This document shows positions 39,148 to 48,967 of a DNA stretch of 52,008 nt, piece by piece. The position numbers and the translations under genes are program-made. The notes under the pieces are model-generated. The model searched no databases. It worked only from the letters and a program-made list of their open reading frames with translations, and was not told the DNA's origin. The DNA is taken from the NCBI GenBank assembly GCA_041483895.1, contig JBGPGO010000022.1:1-52008 (forward strand), given 5' to 3'. Positions within the stretch are counted from its first letter, which is position 1, and each line of letters starts with the position of its first letter. The stretch comes from Fimbriimonadia bacterium (GTDB lineage Bacteria > Armatimonadota > Fimbriimonadia > Fimbriimonadales > JABRVX01).

Positions 39148-40866
39148 ATGTTGTTCTGGGGAGTTCTTGTGGATATGGACGCGAAGGATTTGACCTTGGC
39201 AAAGGACGGGAAATCGGACTACGTGATCGTAATGCCCGAGAAGCCCACGCCGCCCGAACAGCGCGCGGCAAACGAGCTACAGTCCTTCTTCTTCCAGGCC
39301 ACCGGGGCAAAGCTCCCCATTCAGCCGGACAGCGCCGCCAGACCCAAGCGCGCCATCGCCCTCGGCAATCCCCAGTGCAACCGCCTGACTACCGCAATCC
39401 CCCTTTCGGTAATCGGAGAGGACGGCTTCGTGATCCGGACGGACGGCGACACCGTTATTCTCGGCGCCGGTCGGGGCCGCGGAATTCTCAACGCCGTGTA
39501 CTCTTTTCTGGACCGCGAGCTTGGCTGCCGATGGTACTCGACCACAGTATCCAAAATCCCAAAAAGGCCGACCGTCACAATCGGCCGCAGGAACATCACC
39601 GAATTTCCGGCCTTCGAATACCGCGAACCCTACTATACCGAGGCGTGGGACAAAGATTGGGCCAGCCGCAATCGCTGCAACGGATCGGCCATGAAACTGG
39701 ACGAAACGACCGGCGGCAAAATCGGCTACTACCCGTTCGTCCACACCTTCTACCAAATCCTCCCGCCCGCCCAATACTTCAACGATCATCCGGAGTATTA
39801 CTCCGAGATCAACGGCAAGCGAACGGTGGATAACGCGCAGCTCTGCCTCACCAATCCGGACGTTTTGCGGCTCACCATCGAAAAGGTGAAGCAGTGGATC
39901 AAAGAACACCCGGAGGCGCGCATATTTTCCGTTTCGCAAAACGACTGCTTCAACTGTTGCCAGTGCGCGAACTGTAAGAAGGTGATCGAGGAAGAAGGCG
40001 CGCCGTCGGGCATCACGCTCCGATTTGTGAATGACGTGGCGGACGCAATCGGAAAAGAGTATCCGAATGTGCTGATCGACACGCTGGCCTATCAGTGGAC
40101 CGAGGCGCCGCCGAAACTGGTAAAGCCGCATCGAAACGTGCGGGTCCGCATGGCGCCCATTGACAACTGCTTCGGCCATCCCGTCGATCGCTGCGAAGCG
40201 AACGCGAAGCCATACGCCAACCTGCTGGCGTGGAGCAAGATCACGAACAACCTATATATCTGGAGCTACTGCACCAATTTCGGCAACTACCTCGCGCCGT
40301 TTCCGGACTTCGACGAGCTTGGCGGTTCCACGCTGGTGTATGACAAGTTGGGTGTTAAAGGAGTGTTCTACGAGGGTGCGTATCCAGCTGGTGGTGGCGC
40401 GGAATTTGCTGACCTGCGATCATGGGTGCTTGCCAAACTGCTATGGGATCCAACGCAGGATGTGTGGATGCTAATCAAGGATTTTGTGGACGGATATTAT
40501 GGCGCGGCATCCGAGCCCATGATGCAATATCTTCATCTTCTTCACGACGTGGTGAAAAAAGATAACATACACTTTCGGATCTATGATAATCCGGCGACGG
40601 TGGGCTATTTGCGCCGCGACATTGTAGACCAATCGGAGAAGCTGTTCGAACAGATGGAGGCCCAGGCGGCCTCTGATGCCGCGGTCCTCGATCGGGTGCA
40701 GAAGGCGCGCCTTTCCATAGACTACACACGCCTCGTCCAAGCAACCGGCGCCGCCGAGAAAGCCAAGTACGCAAAGATCGTGGCGGACAAGATCAAGCAC
40801 TACGGCATCACGGAGATCCGCGAAGGCCAGCCAGTCTCCCAATTCCTGGCATCGATTGGGCAATGA
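39148..40866 (+). CDS. DUF4838 domain protein (glycoside-hydrolase-like)
   Basis: LGCRWY, PAFEYRE, HTF..HPEYY, QLCLTNPDV, SVSQND, LAKLLWDP; GGAGG RBS before ATG 39148. Confidence 0.82.
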   Translation: MLFWGVLVDMDAKDLTLAKDGKSDYVIVMPEKPTPPEQRAANELQSFFFQATGAKLPIQPDSAARPKRAIALGNPQCNRLTTAIPLSVIGEDGFVIRTDGDTVILGAGRGRGILNAVYSFLDRELGCRWYSTTVSKIPKRPTVTIGRRNITEFPAFEYREPYYTEAWDKDWASRNRCNGSAMKLDETTGGKIGYYPFVHTFYQILPPAQYFNDHPEYYSEINGKRTVDNAQLCLTNPDVLRLTIEKVKQWIKEHPEARIFSVSQNDCFNCCQCANCKKVIEEEGAPSGITLRFVNDVADAIGKEYPNVLIDTLAYQWTEAPPKLVKPHRNVRVRMAPIDNCFGHPVDRCEANAKPYANLLAWSKITNNLYIWSYCTNFGNYLAPFPDFDELGGSTLVYDKLGVKGVFYEGAYPAGGGAEFADLRSWVLAKLLWDPTQDVWMLIKDFVDGYYGAASEPMMQYLHLLHDVVKKDNIHFRIYDNPATVGYLRRDIVDQSEKLFEQMEAQAASDAAVLDRVQKARLSIDYTRLVQATGAAEKAKYAKIVADKIKHYGITEIREGQPVSQFLASIGQ

Positions 40867-40957
40867 TCGCCCCGATGTGTTGGGGTTCACTACTAGCAAA
40901 CCATGACGCAATCCAACCACCAAGACCCCAACACTAGTACAATGGGAAAACCCAAGC

Positions 40958-41767
40958 ATGAAAAGACGTATCGGATGCGGATTCATCGGACTGCTCCTCG
41001 CCCTCATCGGCGCATACAAATGGCAGCCGTGGGAATACGACTTCTTCCCGCGCACGCCACCAAATCCCAACCCCTGGACCCCGCCTGAACCGGACAAACT
41101 ATTCGCAATTGGCACGCGCGTCGCGGTGATCACGGCGCATCCGGATGATCCGGAATTCTATCTCGGCGGCACGCTCACGAAACTTGGCAAGGTCGGAGCG
41201 CAGATATCTCTCATCATCGTGACCGCAGCAGACAAAGCATACTATCCCTTCACCGACCCAGACAAGCTCCGGGCCGTCCGGCAACGCGAACAGACCGAGG
41301 CAGCCTCCCAATGGGGCGCGAATGAGGTCGTGTTTCTCAACCTTCCGGATGGCCGACTGCGCGCGAACGCACAGACGGTCGCGCGGATAAGAAGAGAGCT
41401 GTATCGGATCAACCCGGAGTACATCTTCTGTTTCGATGGCTCCTACCCGCCACGCCTCAGCCATCAAGATCATCGGCGCGCGGGAGAGGCAGCGGAAATG
41501 GCCGCCAAAGAAATGGGCTTCACGGGCTGGATCTGCCGCTTCTCGACCTCCGCTCCCAACTACGTCATAGATACCACAGAGGAATGGCCGGAAAAAATGC
41601 GACTTCTCGCTATCCACAAGAGCCAATTCCACGACGAGCGGCTTACGAGGATTCGCAACATGGTCTCCGGCCGCGGCAGGGAAGATGGAAATCGCATCGG
41701 CGTAAAGTACGGCGAAGGGTTGCGTTCCGAAAAGCGCCTTCATTATTCGAGTACACTAGCACCGTGA
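40958..41767 (+). CDS. PIG-L family deacetylase
   Basis: AHPDD, HQDH, HKSQ motifs; N-terminal TM. Confidence 0.9.
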   Translation: MKRRIGCGFIGLLLALIGAYKWQPWEYDFFPRTPPNPNPWTPPEPDKLFAIGTRVAVITAHPDDPEFYLGGTLTKLGKVGAQISLIIVTAADKAYYPFTDPDKLRAVRQREQTEAASQWGANEVVFLNLPDGRLRANAQTVARIRRELYRINPEYIFCFDGSYPPRLSHQDHRRAGEAAEMAAKEMGFTGWICRFSTSAPNYVIDTTEEWPEKMRLLAIHKSQFHDERLTRIRNMVSGRGREDGNRIGVKYGEGLRSEKRLHYSSTLAP

Positions 41768-42390
41768 ACTCAGAGACAAAGCAGATCCAGTTGATTTTGA
41801 ACGCGCCGGTAGGACCGCTGACCGATGCGCGCAAGCATGCAGTGGCGGAAATCTTAGGACCTACCTTCCAACAGCAGCAGACCCCGCTCGCCAACGCCGT
41901 GGTCTTTGTGAGCCAGTCGATGCGCCAAAACGTCTTCCTCGCCGACGCGCAGCTCAACCTCACCCACGACGGCGACCACCTCCATTTTGAAGCGCCCGAA
42001 TGGTCCAACACGCTGACCGGCCTGCGCGACGCCCTCCTGCTGGACGACAAGTTCAACGTGATGATCCAGATGATTACACACGTGGAATCAAACGCGTCAT
42101 CCACCGAGCAGACCGTGCGATGCTTCGGTCCGCTCCCGGAGGAAGAGATGCGAAATCGATTCGCCGGCCTGCGCGGCATCGGTCTGCGCATCAACTACGA
42201 GCTGGCGCTGTTCACCTGCGACCTGCGCGTGGAGCCGTTCTTCCAAGACCCGGGCCGTTTCTTCCTACAGCTCAACGCAGCCGGCCGGAATCCGGTCAAC
42301 TTGGAACGCATCGTGGAGGACGCGAACGGGTTTCATGAATTTATGACAAACGAAGCCGTGCAATTTCTGGAAAAAACTCTGACCGATTAG
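41764..42390 (+). CDS. Hypothetical protein
   Basis: GTGA overlap with the PIG-L stop; GC3-rich codons. Confidence 0.65.
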   Translation: MNSETKQIQLILNAPVGPLTDARKHAVAEILGPTFQQQQTPLANAVVFVSQSMRQNVFLADAQLNLTHDGDHLHFEAPEWSNTLTGLRDALLLDDKFNVMIQMITHVESNASSTEQTVRCFGPLPEEEMRNRFAGLRGIGLRINYELALFTCDLRVEPFFQDPGRFFLQLNAAGRNPVNLERIVEDANGFHEFMTNEAVQFLEKTLTD

Positions 42391-44972
42391 CTCGCGACGA
42401 TATTTACGAGCCTACCTGGCACCACGATCACCTTGCGCACGGTGAGTCCATCGGTGTGTTGCACGACCTTCTGATCAGCAAGCGCCAGTCTCTCCAGCTC
42501 CGGTCCGACTGTTTCGGCGGGGACTTCCAGCGTGCTGCGCAGCTTGCCGTTGACCTGCACGGCGATCGTAACCGTATCGGCCTTTGCAACGGCAGGATCT
42601 GGATCAATGAGTCGATCGCCGAGCAGAAAACCCGAAAACCCCAGCCGTTCCCACATCTCGTCGGCCAGATGCGGCGCCATCGGCGACAAAGCCCGTACGA
42701 AGCACTCGATGGCCTCGCTCTCCGCCGCCGAGGAACCGCCGGAGCTCTGAAAATCCTGCAATTCGTTCAGCCATTCCATCATCGCGGCCACGGCGGTGTT
42801 GAATCGGAAACCCGATATGTCTTCATATACCTTCGCCAGCGAGCTGTGGGTCTTTTGCCGCAACGATTTGGCTTTGCCATCGAACGGCTGCTCCAATTTC
42901 GATCGCCACTCCCGGTCGAATTTCGCGCCCAGAACCGCTCGCCACACACGATTCAGGAATCGGTTCGCACCCTGCATCCCCTCGCTCGACCATTGGATGT
43001 TCATCTCAAACGGCGCGACAAACAGCTCATAGATTCGCAGAGAATCGGCCCCAAAATCCTCCACCATCTCGTCTGGGGTTACCACATTTCCCTTAGATTT
43101 TGACATCCGCTCCCATCGCCAAAAAACCTGGTCTTGCGGGATGCTCGGCACATCTTCCGGCCGCACTAAAATACCCTCTTGCCCTACGCTCAGCGTTTCG
43201 TTTTCGCGTGGTTTCCTGAACGGCGTCAGGCCCAAAACCGACCCCTGATTCATCAGTTTCAGGAACGGTTCGCCAAACGTGATATATCCCGCGTCCTGAA
43301 GAACCTTCGTCCAAAACCGCGCATACAGCAGGTGGCCCACGGCGTGCTCTGTCCCGCCCACATAGCAATCTACCGGCAGCCAGTAGGCGGCCTTCGCCGG
43401 GTCGAACGCCGCCTGATCATTTTTTGGATCGGCGTAGCGCAAAAAGTACCAACTGGAGCATGCGCTGCCCGCCATCGTGTCCGTCTCCCGCCGCGCCGCT
43501 CCTCCGCACGATGGACAATTAACATTGATGAATTCCGGTATCGCCGCAAGCGGCGATTCGCCGGTGCCGGTCGGTTGATAGTTGTCCACGTCCGGCAGCA
43601 GCACGGGCAGGTCGGTATCCGGTACTGGGACCATTCCACAAGACGGGCAGTGAATCATCGGGATGGGACATCCCCAATATCGCTGCCGTGAGATCAGCCA
43701 GTCGCGCAGGCGGTAGTTAACTTTCCGTTCACCGGTCCTCTGCGCCTCGAACCATTCGCCCAGCCGTCTTTGCCCTTCGTCGCACGCAACGCCGCTGTAT
43801 TCGCCTGCGTTGACCATCACGCCATACGCCGGCTCCGCTTTCTCCAGCGGCACATCGGCCAGCGAAGAGTTATCAGCGATGACCCGCCGGATCTCCAACC
43901 CGTACTTCTTTGCAAATTCGAAATCGCGCTCGTCATGTCCAGGCACCGCCATGATCGCGCCGGTGCCGTAGCCCATCAGCACGTAGTCCGCGACCCAGAT
44001 CGGCACGCGTGCGCCATTCGCCGGATTGATCGCGTACGCGCCCGTGAAAACGCCGGACTTCTCCCGCTCCGTCGCCATACGGTCGATTTCGCTCAGCGCC
44101 TGCGCCCTCTTGGCATACACCTCCACCTCGGCCCGACGCTCATCGGTCGTTATCCGCACGACCAACGGATGCTCCGGCGCGAAAACGCAGAATGTCATGC
44201 CGAAGACCGTGTCGATGCGCGTGGTGAAGACCCGGAATGAATGCTCCGTCCCATCCACCTTCATCTCAAACTCCACGCCCTCGCTTCGCCCGATCCAGTT
44301 CCGCTGCATCATCTTCAGGCCTTCGGACCATTCGAGGCCGTCCAAATCATGAAGCAGTCGTTCCGCGTAGTCCGTAATTTTCAAGAACCATTGCGGCAGG
44401 TCGCGCTTCTCCACCCTCGAACCGCATCGCCAGCAGAGGCCGCCCTGCACCTCCTCGTTTGCCAAAACCGTTTTCTCTTGTGGGCACCAGTTGGCCGGCG
44501 CCATCGAGCGGTACGCCAGCCCGCGCTTGTATAGCAGCAAGAATATCCATTGCGTCCATTTGTAGTAGTCCGGCTCGCTGGAATTGAACTCCCGCGACCA
44601 GTCGAAGCTGATGCCGACTAAATTCAGCTGGCGCTTGTAGTTGGCAACGTACTTGGGCACGGTCTCGCGCGGGTGGCTGCCTCGCTTGATCGCCTCCGTC
44701 TCAGCCGGCTGCCCAAATGCGTCCCACCCCATCGGGTGCAGCACGTTGTTGCCCCGCATGCGCATGAAACGGGCGTAGCAGTCGGACGGGATATAGTTGC
44801 GGCAGTGCCCGACGGAGATCCCCGCCCCGCTGGGGTACGGGAACATGTCCAGGACGTAGCTCTTCGGCCCCGTCGCATCCTCGGTGACTTTGAACAGCTC
44901 CGCCTCCCGCCACCTCTTCTGCCACTTGGCATCGATCTCTTTATGGTCGAATTTGTCGATTGGTTCTGACAA
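42387..44972 (-). CDS. leuS: Leucine--tRNA ligase
   Basis: MFPYPSG, HPMGWDAFG, MQRNWIGRSEG, GTGAIMAVP, ISRQRYWG, RMSKS. Confidence 0.97.
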   Translation of the reverse strand: MSEPIDKFDHKEIDAKWQKRWREAELFKVTEDATGPKSYVLDMFPYPSGAGISVGHCRNYIPSDCYARFMRMRGNNVLHPMGWDAFGQPAETEAIKRGSHPRETVPKYVANYKRQLNLVGISFDWSREFNSSEPDYYKWTQWIFLLLYKRGLAYRSMAPANWCPQEKTVLANEEVQGGLCWRCGSRVEKRDLPQWFLKITDYAERLLHDLDGLEWSEGLKMMQRNWIGRSEGVEFEMKVDGTEHSFRVFTTRIDTVFGMTFCVFAPEHPLVVRITTDERRAEVEVYAKRAQALSEIDRMATEREKSGVFTGAYAINPANGARVPIWVADYVLMGYGTGAIMAVPGHDERDFEFAKKYGLEIRRVIADNSSLADVPLEKAEPAYGVMVNAGEYSGVACDEGQRRLGEWFEAQRTGERKVNYRLRDWLISRQRYWGCPIPMIHCPSCGMVPVPDTDLPVLLPDVDNYQPTGTGESPLAAIPEFINVNCPSCGGAARRETDTMAGSACSSWYFLRYADPKNDQAAFDPAKAAYWLPVDCYVGGTEHAVGHLLYARFWTKVLQDAGYITFGEPFLKLMNQGSVLGLTPFRKPRENETLSVGQEGILVRPEDVPSIPQDQVFWRWERMSKSKGNVVTPDEMVEDFGADSLRIYELFVAPFEMNIQWSSEGMQGANRFLNRVWRAVLGAKFDREWRSKLEQPFDGKAKSLRQKTHSSLAKVYEDISGFRFNTAVAAMMEWLNELQDFQSSGGSSAAESEAIECFVRALSPMAPHLADEMWERLGFSGFLLGDRLIDPDPAVAKADTVTIAVQVNGKLRSTLEVPAETVGPELERLALADQKVVQHTDGLTVRKVIVVPGRLVNIVAS

Positions 44973-45100
44973 TGAAGGTTTCCTCGATATGATTTTGGCG
45001 CATCGGGGGGAATTCTTGCTGGTGGGGACTTAGTACCCGGTCTTGCGTTGGTATAGTGTATGATAGGAACTGAATCAACAAGCAAATAGGAGTCCCAGAA

Positions 45101-45784
45101 ATGGTGCAGGACGTCAAAGAAACACCGTCGCTCGGTACCGGAGCTTACACAATTCCGGAAGCGGCGCAGCTTCTGAAATCCACAGTCAGGCAGGTTAGGG
45201 GTTGGGTCGATGGGTATACCTATCGGAAGAAAAGCGGGCCAGCACGCTCGAAATCCATTCTCGGAGCTGATAACAGAGAACGAAGTCTGCTGACATTCAG
45301 AGATCTTGTCGAGCTGTTCTTTGTGGGACGCTTTCGATCTGTCGGCGTTTCCCTGCCGGATATTCGGTACGCCGCAGATCTTCTAAGGAGAGAATGGAAG
45401 ACGCCCTGTCCATTTGCGCGCGGCGACATATATTCGGACGGAAAGCAGTTGCTTCTTGAGCGCAACGGTCAATACACGAATATTGTGCGGCACCAAGAGG
45501 TATTCGGCTATGCCGAAGAGTTTTTTAGGAACATTGATGTCGATCCGAAGACTCAGTTGGCCGAAAAATGGTGGCCGCTCGGTAAAGACAAGCTCATCGT
45601 TTTGGATCGCACTCGATCGTACGGCGCCCCGATCGAAGTTCGTACGGGAATCAGAACAGACGTCCTTTATCGTGCCTACAAGACGATGGGGGGCATTGAG
45701 GCGGTTGCCGATTGGTATGAGGTACCGTCACAAGCTGTTGAGCAGGCAATCGAATTTGAAGAGAATTGGAAAGCGGCCGCATAA
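45101..45784 (+). CDS. DUF433-containing antitoxin with N-terminal HTH (VapB45-like)
   Basis: YTIPEAAQLL..VRGW, LLTFRDLVEL, YGAPI..GIRTDVL..VADWYEV..VEQAIEFE. Confidence 0.8.
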   Translation: MVQDVKETPSLGTGAYTIPEAAQLLKSTVRQVRGWVDGYTYRKKSGPARSKSILGADNRERSLLTFRDLVELFFVGRFRSVGVSLPDIRYAADLLRREWKTPCPFARGDIYSDGKQLLLERNGQYTNIVRHQEVFGYAEEFFRNIDVDPKTQLAEKWWPLGKDKLIVLDRTRSYGAPIEVRTGIRTDVLYRAYKTMGGIEAVADWYEVPSQAVEQAIEFEENWKAAA

Positions 45785-46179
45785 AATTCCTCACCGATGA
45801 GAACATCTCGCCTAAAATTGCCCGAATACTGCGGATGCTAGAAGCGGGTGAGGTTCATAGTATTCCCGACGCGGACCGAGGTGCCCCCGATCTGGAACTC
45901 ATTGGAAAGTGGTCCGCCAGAGGCTTTGTCGTTATATCACTGGACCGGAAGGTACTGCGAACTCAAGAGATCCTGAATTCTATATCTAGCGTCGGAGCAA
46001 GAATGATATTCTTGCCGCAATCCTTTGCCGATAGTAAGCCTTTTTATCAGGTTCGATGGTTGCTCAACCGTTGGATTAAAATTCTGGAAGCGGCAATTGG
46101 CATGGCGCCCGGCGACATGTTATTTGTTCAATCGTCCGGCGCAATTAAGAAACTTAGAAGTGGGTTCCCAGCTCGGTAG
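45766..46179 (+). CDS. PIN-domain toxin (VapC45/DUF5615-like)
   Basis: KFLTDENIS, PDLELI, VVISLDRK; coupled to the antitoxin stop. Confidence 0.75.
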   Translation: MESGRIKFLTDENISPKIARILRMLEAGEVHSIPDADRGAPDLELIGKWSARGFVVISLDRKVLRTQEILNSISSVGARMIFLPQSFADSKPFYQVRWLLNRWIKILEAAIGMAPGDMLFVQSSGAIKKLRSGFPAR

Positions 46180-46199
46180 CAAAGGGTCTAGTTTGGCCT

Positions 46200-47048
46200 T
46201 CATCTCGGCAACTGGAACGCCAGCACCGCCACAACCAGGGCCACACCAACAAGCGCCCCGCTCATGATCTTCTCCTGCCGAGTCATCGTAAAGCAACGAC
46301 GGTTTACAAGCAGTATGACCGCCGCCATCGGCAGCAGCGCAGGCAGGTTGTCCAACAAAATCGGTCCGATATGCCGGTCCCCAAAAAACTCCACAACCAG
46401 CATATAGCCCACCAGAGTCGGCAGCAGCCACAAGAAGGTCTCCCGCGCCCGAAAACCGGCCCGATGGATCACCGCGAAGAACATTGCCAGAAACAGCACG
46501 TCGGCGGGACCCATGAACAGGTGCTGGATAGTCGGATGCCCCTGCGCTGTCCGAGCGAATTGAGGCACAGAAACGGCGATCGACGGCAAGACATTGGGCG
46601 CGCGCTCGATCACGGTCTTTGCAATTCCGATGGGCGACAGCACGGTAATAATGTCCACGATGGCGAGCACCGGCGCGATGGGCGCCAGCAGGTTGGGGTC
46701 CCGGATAGCAGCCGCCACAAGCATCCCAAGCGACGTCGCCCCCAGGATCACCGCAATCTGCCGCACCGCCCCCACACCCGCCGACTGAGGCGCCAATATC
46801 GCAAGAACCAACAAAGCGATCGACCCAACCAGCAGCAGGGCATGAACCTGTGGCCGCCAACCCGACCGCGACCATTGATAGGTGAACGCCATAGGGAGGC
46901 CAAGGAAGAGGAATGTGGCAATCGCGTTCGCAACCGGCATCCACGCGGCAGAAGGTGACAACAGCGGAGTGAGCCAGGTCAGCAGAAACAGACCGGCGAG
47001 AATTGCGGCCGCTATCTCGATACCCTTGCCCTTCGGCTCCTTCTCCAT
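46200..47048 (-). CDS. Polytopic membrane protein, presenilin/signal-peptide-peptidase-like
   Basis: About 9 TMs with intramembrane VD, MGPAD and LPALLP motifs in the expected order. ATG 47048 follows TGC-TATACT by 7 nt. Confidence 0.6.
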   Translation of the reverse strand: MEKEPKGKGIEIAAAILAGLFLLTWLTPLLSPSAAWMPVANAIATFLFLGLPMAFTYQWSRSGWRPQVHALLLVGSIALLVLAILAPQSAGVGAVRQIAVILGATSLGMLVAAAIRDPNLLAPIAPVLAIVDIITVLSPIGIAKTVIERAPNVLPSIAVSVPQFARTAQGHPTIQHLFMGPADVLFLAMFFAVIHRAGFRARETFLWLLPTLVGYMLVVEFFGDRHIGPILLDNLPALLPMAAVILLVNRRCFTMTRQEKIMSGALVGVALVVAVLAFQLPR

Positions 47049-47055
47049 ACCGGCA

Positions 47056-47064
47056 AGTATAGCA
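47056..47064 (-). promoter_or_regulatory. Extended -10 promoter, probably leaderless transcript
   Basis: TGCTATACT, 7 nt upstream of ATG 47048. Confidence 0.5.
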
Positions 47065-47089
47065 GCGACGAGAATCCAGAAAAGCAAAG

Positions 47090-47203
47090 TCCCTTCACAG
47101 TGCGACTGTGAAGGGATGCACGCTGTTCTTCTAGACAGTGAATGGATTGTTGCGCTACTTCCTGATTATGGAGAAATCCCTTCACAGTCGCACTGTGAAG
47201 GGA
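47090..47203. repeat. Family C inverted doublet (REPIN/MITE-like, 114 bp)
   Basis: 47090-47117 and 47176-47203 are perfect 28-bp inverted repeats, each itself a hairpin, with a 58-nt spacer. Confidence 0.85.
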
Positions 47204-47208
47204 AACCC

Positions 47209-48036
47209 CTACCGTCGGCGTCGCCGAAGGCCGAGAACGCCGAACAGACCCGTAGCGATCGCCACGTACGTACTCGGTTCGGGGACCGCCTCGAACCGCC
47301 AGCCAAAGTTGGCTTTTGGTTGACCACCGAAGTTGAATAGCTGGCCGGCGGGGTTCGCGATCGTGAAGAACGAACCCGCTGCAGTCGTCTGGAACGCCAC
47401 ATCCGCGCTCGAACCGACGACCGGCGGATCGAAGATCCCCTGGCCCAGGTTGTTGAGCTGCGCCGCGGTGATGCCGGTACCGCCGGTGTTGTTATCGAAG
47501 GTGATGCCGGCCCAGAACGTGCCGCTCGGCATCTTGAACGTGTTGGCGGCAAGGTCGGTGTAAAAAACGCTGACCGAACTGGCGCCAAACAAGATGGGGT
47601 TGAACGTGAACCCGATGGCCCCAGGGTTGCTGTAATAGCTCCCGGGCGCGCCAGCGGTGCCGTCAGCGTTCCAGAACCGAACTCTGGCGCGGGCGGTTAC
47701 GGCAGCCGCATTGAAGTTCACAACGCTGAAATAGAACCGCGTGATGTCCTGGCCTCCAAGCGATCCGGCGGGAGTGATGTCATCGGCCACCAACGTGGTA
47801 ATCGTGTTGCCTGCCAGATTGGCAGCCCCGCCATTCGCGTAGCCGAATCCCGTGAAGTTCGTGACATTGTCGTAGGTCACCACTCCGGGCACCTTTGGCA
47901 AGGTGATCGTGCCGGCCTCATTGACCGACTGGCTGACGACCAGATGGGCGTTCGCGCCTGTGGTATCAGTCTGCGCAATCGCGGCAGAGGTGGCCGCAAT
48001 TGCCGCGAGAACGAAATATCCAAAATGCATTCGCAT
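47209..48036 (-). CDS. PEP-CTERM sorting domain protein
   Basis: Signal peptide; VPEPSTY-TM-RRRRR tail. Confidence 0.93.
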   Translation of the reverse strand: MRMHFGYFVLAAIAATSAAIAQTDTTGANAHLVVSQSVNEAGTITLPKVPGVVTYDNVTNFTGFGYANGGAANLAGNTITTLVADDITPAGSLGGQDITRFYFSVVNFNAAAVTARARVRFWNADGTAGAPGSYYSNPGAIGFTFNPILFGASSVSVFYTDLAANTFKMPSGTFWAGITFDNNTGGTGITAAQLNNLGQGIFDPPVVGSSADVAFQTTAAGSFFTIANPAGQLFNFGGQPKANFGWRFEAVPEPSTYVAIATGLFGVLGLRRRRR

Positions 48037-48095
48037 TGGTTTTGCTCCCTTGGTTGTGCGTATCAAGGGCTAGCCGCCCGCCACCAAAAAAGTAG

Positions 48096-48118
48096 AAGGG
48101 ACCGTGTGCCGGTCCCTT
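48096..48118 (-). terminator. Intrinsic terminator after the PEP-CTERM gene 48127-48849
   Basis: AAGGGACCG-N5-CGGTCCCTT followed by CTACTTTTTT on the minus strand. Confidence 0.7.
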
Positions 48119-48126
48119 GCAATCAC

Positions 48127-48849
48127 TTACTTCCGTCGGCGACGAAGGCCGAGGATGCCGAAGAGGCCGGTCGCCATGGCCGCATACGTGCTCGGCTCAG
48201 GCGTTAGCCTCATGTAAAAGTTTGCCAGGTTTGGCGGGCCGTTGAAGAAGCGGGCCTCGCCTGGATCGTATTGGCCGTTGCCATTGACGTCACGGGCATA
48301 CGCATCGACGCTCGACCCCACGGTCGGACCGCCACCGGCGAAAAGAACGGTTGTCGTGGTGCTCAGAGCGCCGGCGGCGTTGAAGAAGATCAGGTCAACG
48401 CCAAGGTTTCCATCGGCGACGGTGATGCCACCGGGGATGACGCCCGTAAAGTCGATCAGCCCCGAGGTATAGCTACCGCCCGCACCGATCGGTGAGAAGC
48501 TGACTAAGAAAGCACCGAGAAACCCGGTGTTTAGGGTCCCTACCGCGGCGCCATAGTTGACCGTCTCGAAAAAACCCACCGATACCGACAGGGCGGCGTC
48601 GGCAGCGCTCAGATTCATACCGAACTCTATGCAGGTGAAATTGGTCGAGCCCGCTGTGAGCACGGCGTCGTCAAGCGCGCGCGGCGGTCGAACGCCGGAC
48701 GTGAAATACGGACTGACACGATTGTCATAAACAGAACCGCCGCTTTGAATGCTGACTTTTTTTTCCAAAGCAATCGCAGTGACGTTCATAATCTGACCAA
48801 AGCTCATTGCGCCTGCCGCAAGGGCTACAAGAGCGAAGTGAGTGCGCAT
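48127..48849 (-). CDS. PEP-CTERM sorting domain protein
   Basis: Signal peptide; TPEPSTY-TM-RRRRK tail; AAGGAG RBS. Confidence 0.93.
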   Translation of the reverse strand: MRTHFALVALAAGAMSFGQIMNVTAIALEKKVSIQSGGSVYDNRVSPYFTSGVRPPRALDDAVLTAGSTNFTCIEFGMNLSAADAALSVSVGFFETVNYGAAVGTLNTGFLGAFLVSFSPIGAGGSYTSGLIDFTGVIPGGITVADGNLGVDLIFFNAAGALSTTTTVLFAGGGPTVGSSVDAYARDVNGNGQYDPGEARFFNGPPNLANFYMRLTPEPSTYAAMATGLFGILGLRRRRK

Positions 48850-48917
48850 CGATATGCTCCTTTTTCGATGGAGAATTCAGCCGATATCAGGAAAGCCAAT
48901 CAGCCAACGGGGATGGA

Positions 48918-48933
48918 TGCAAATTCAGGGCCA
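48918..48933 (-). promoter_or_regulatory. Sigma-54 (-24/-12) promoter
   Basis: TGGCCCTGAATTTGCA fits GG-N10-GC and TGGCAC-N5-TTGCA with one mismatch. Confidence 0.65.
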
Positions 48934-48967
48934 TATCGCGGGAGCCGTTTGCTAGGAGGGTACGAGA

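Noticed and set aside
48069..48083. Sigma-54 promoter for the third PEP-CTERM gene (TGGCGGGCGGCTAGC)
   Set aside because: Only the minimal GG-N10-GC matches, which is likely by chance at this GC content.
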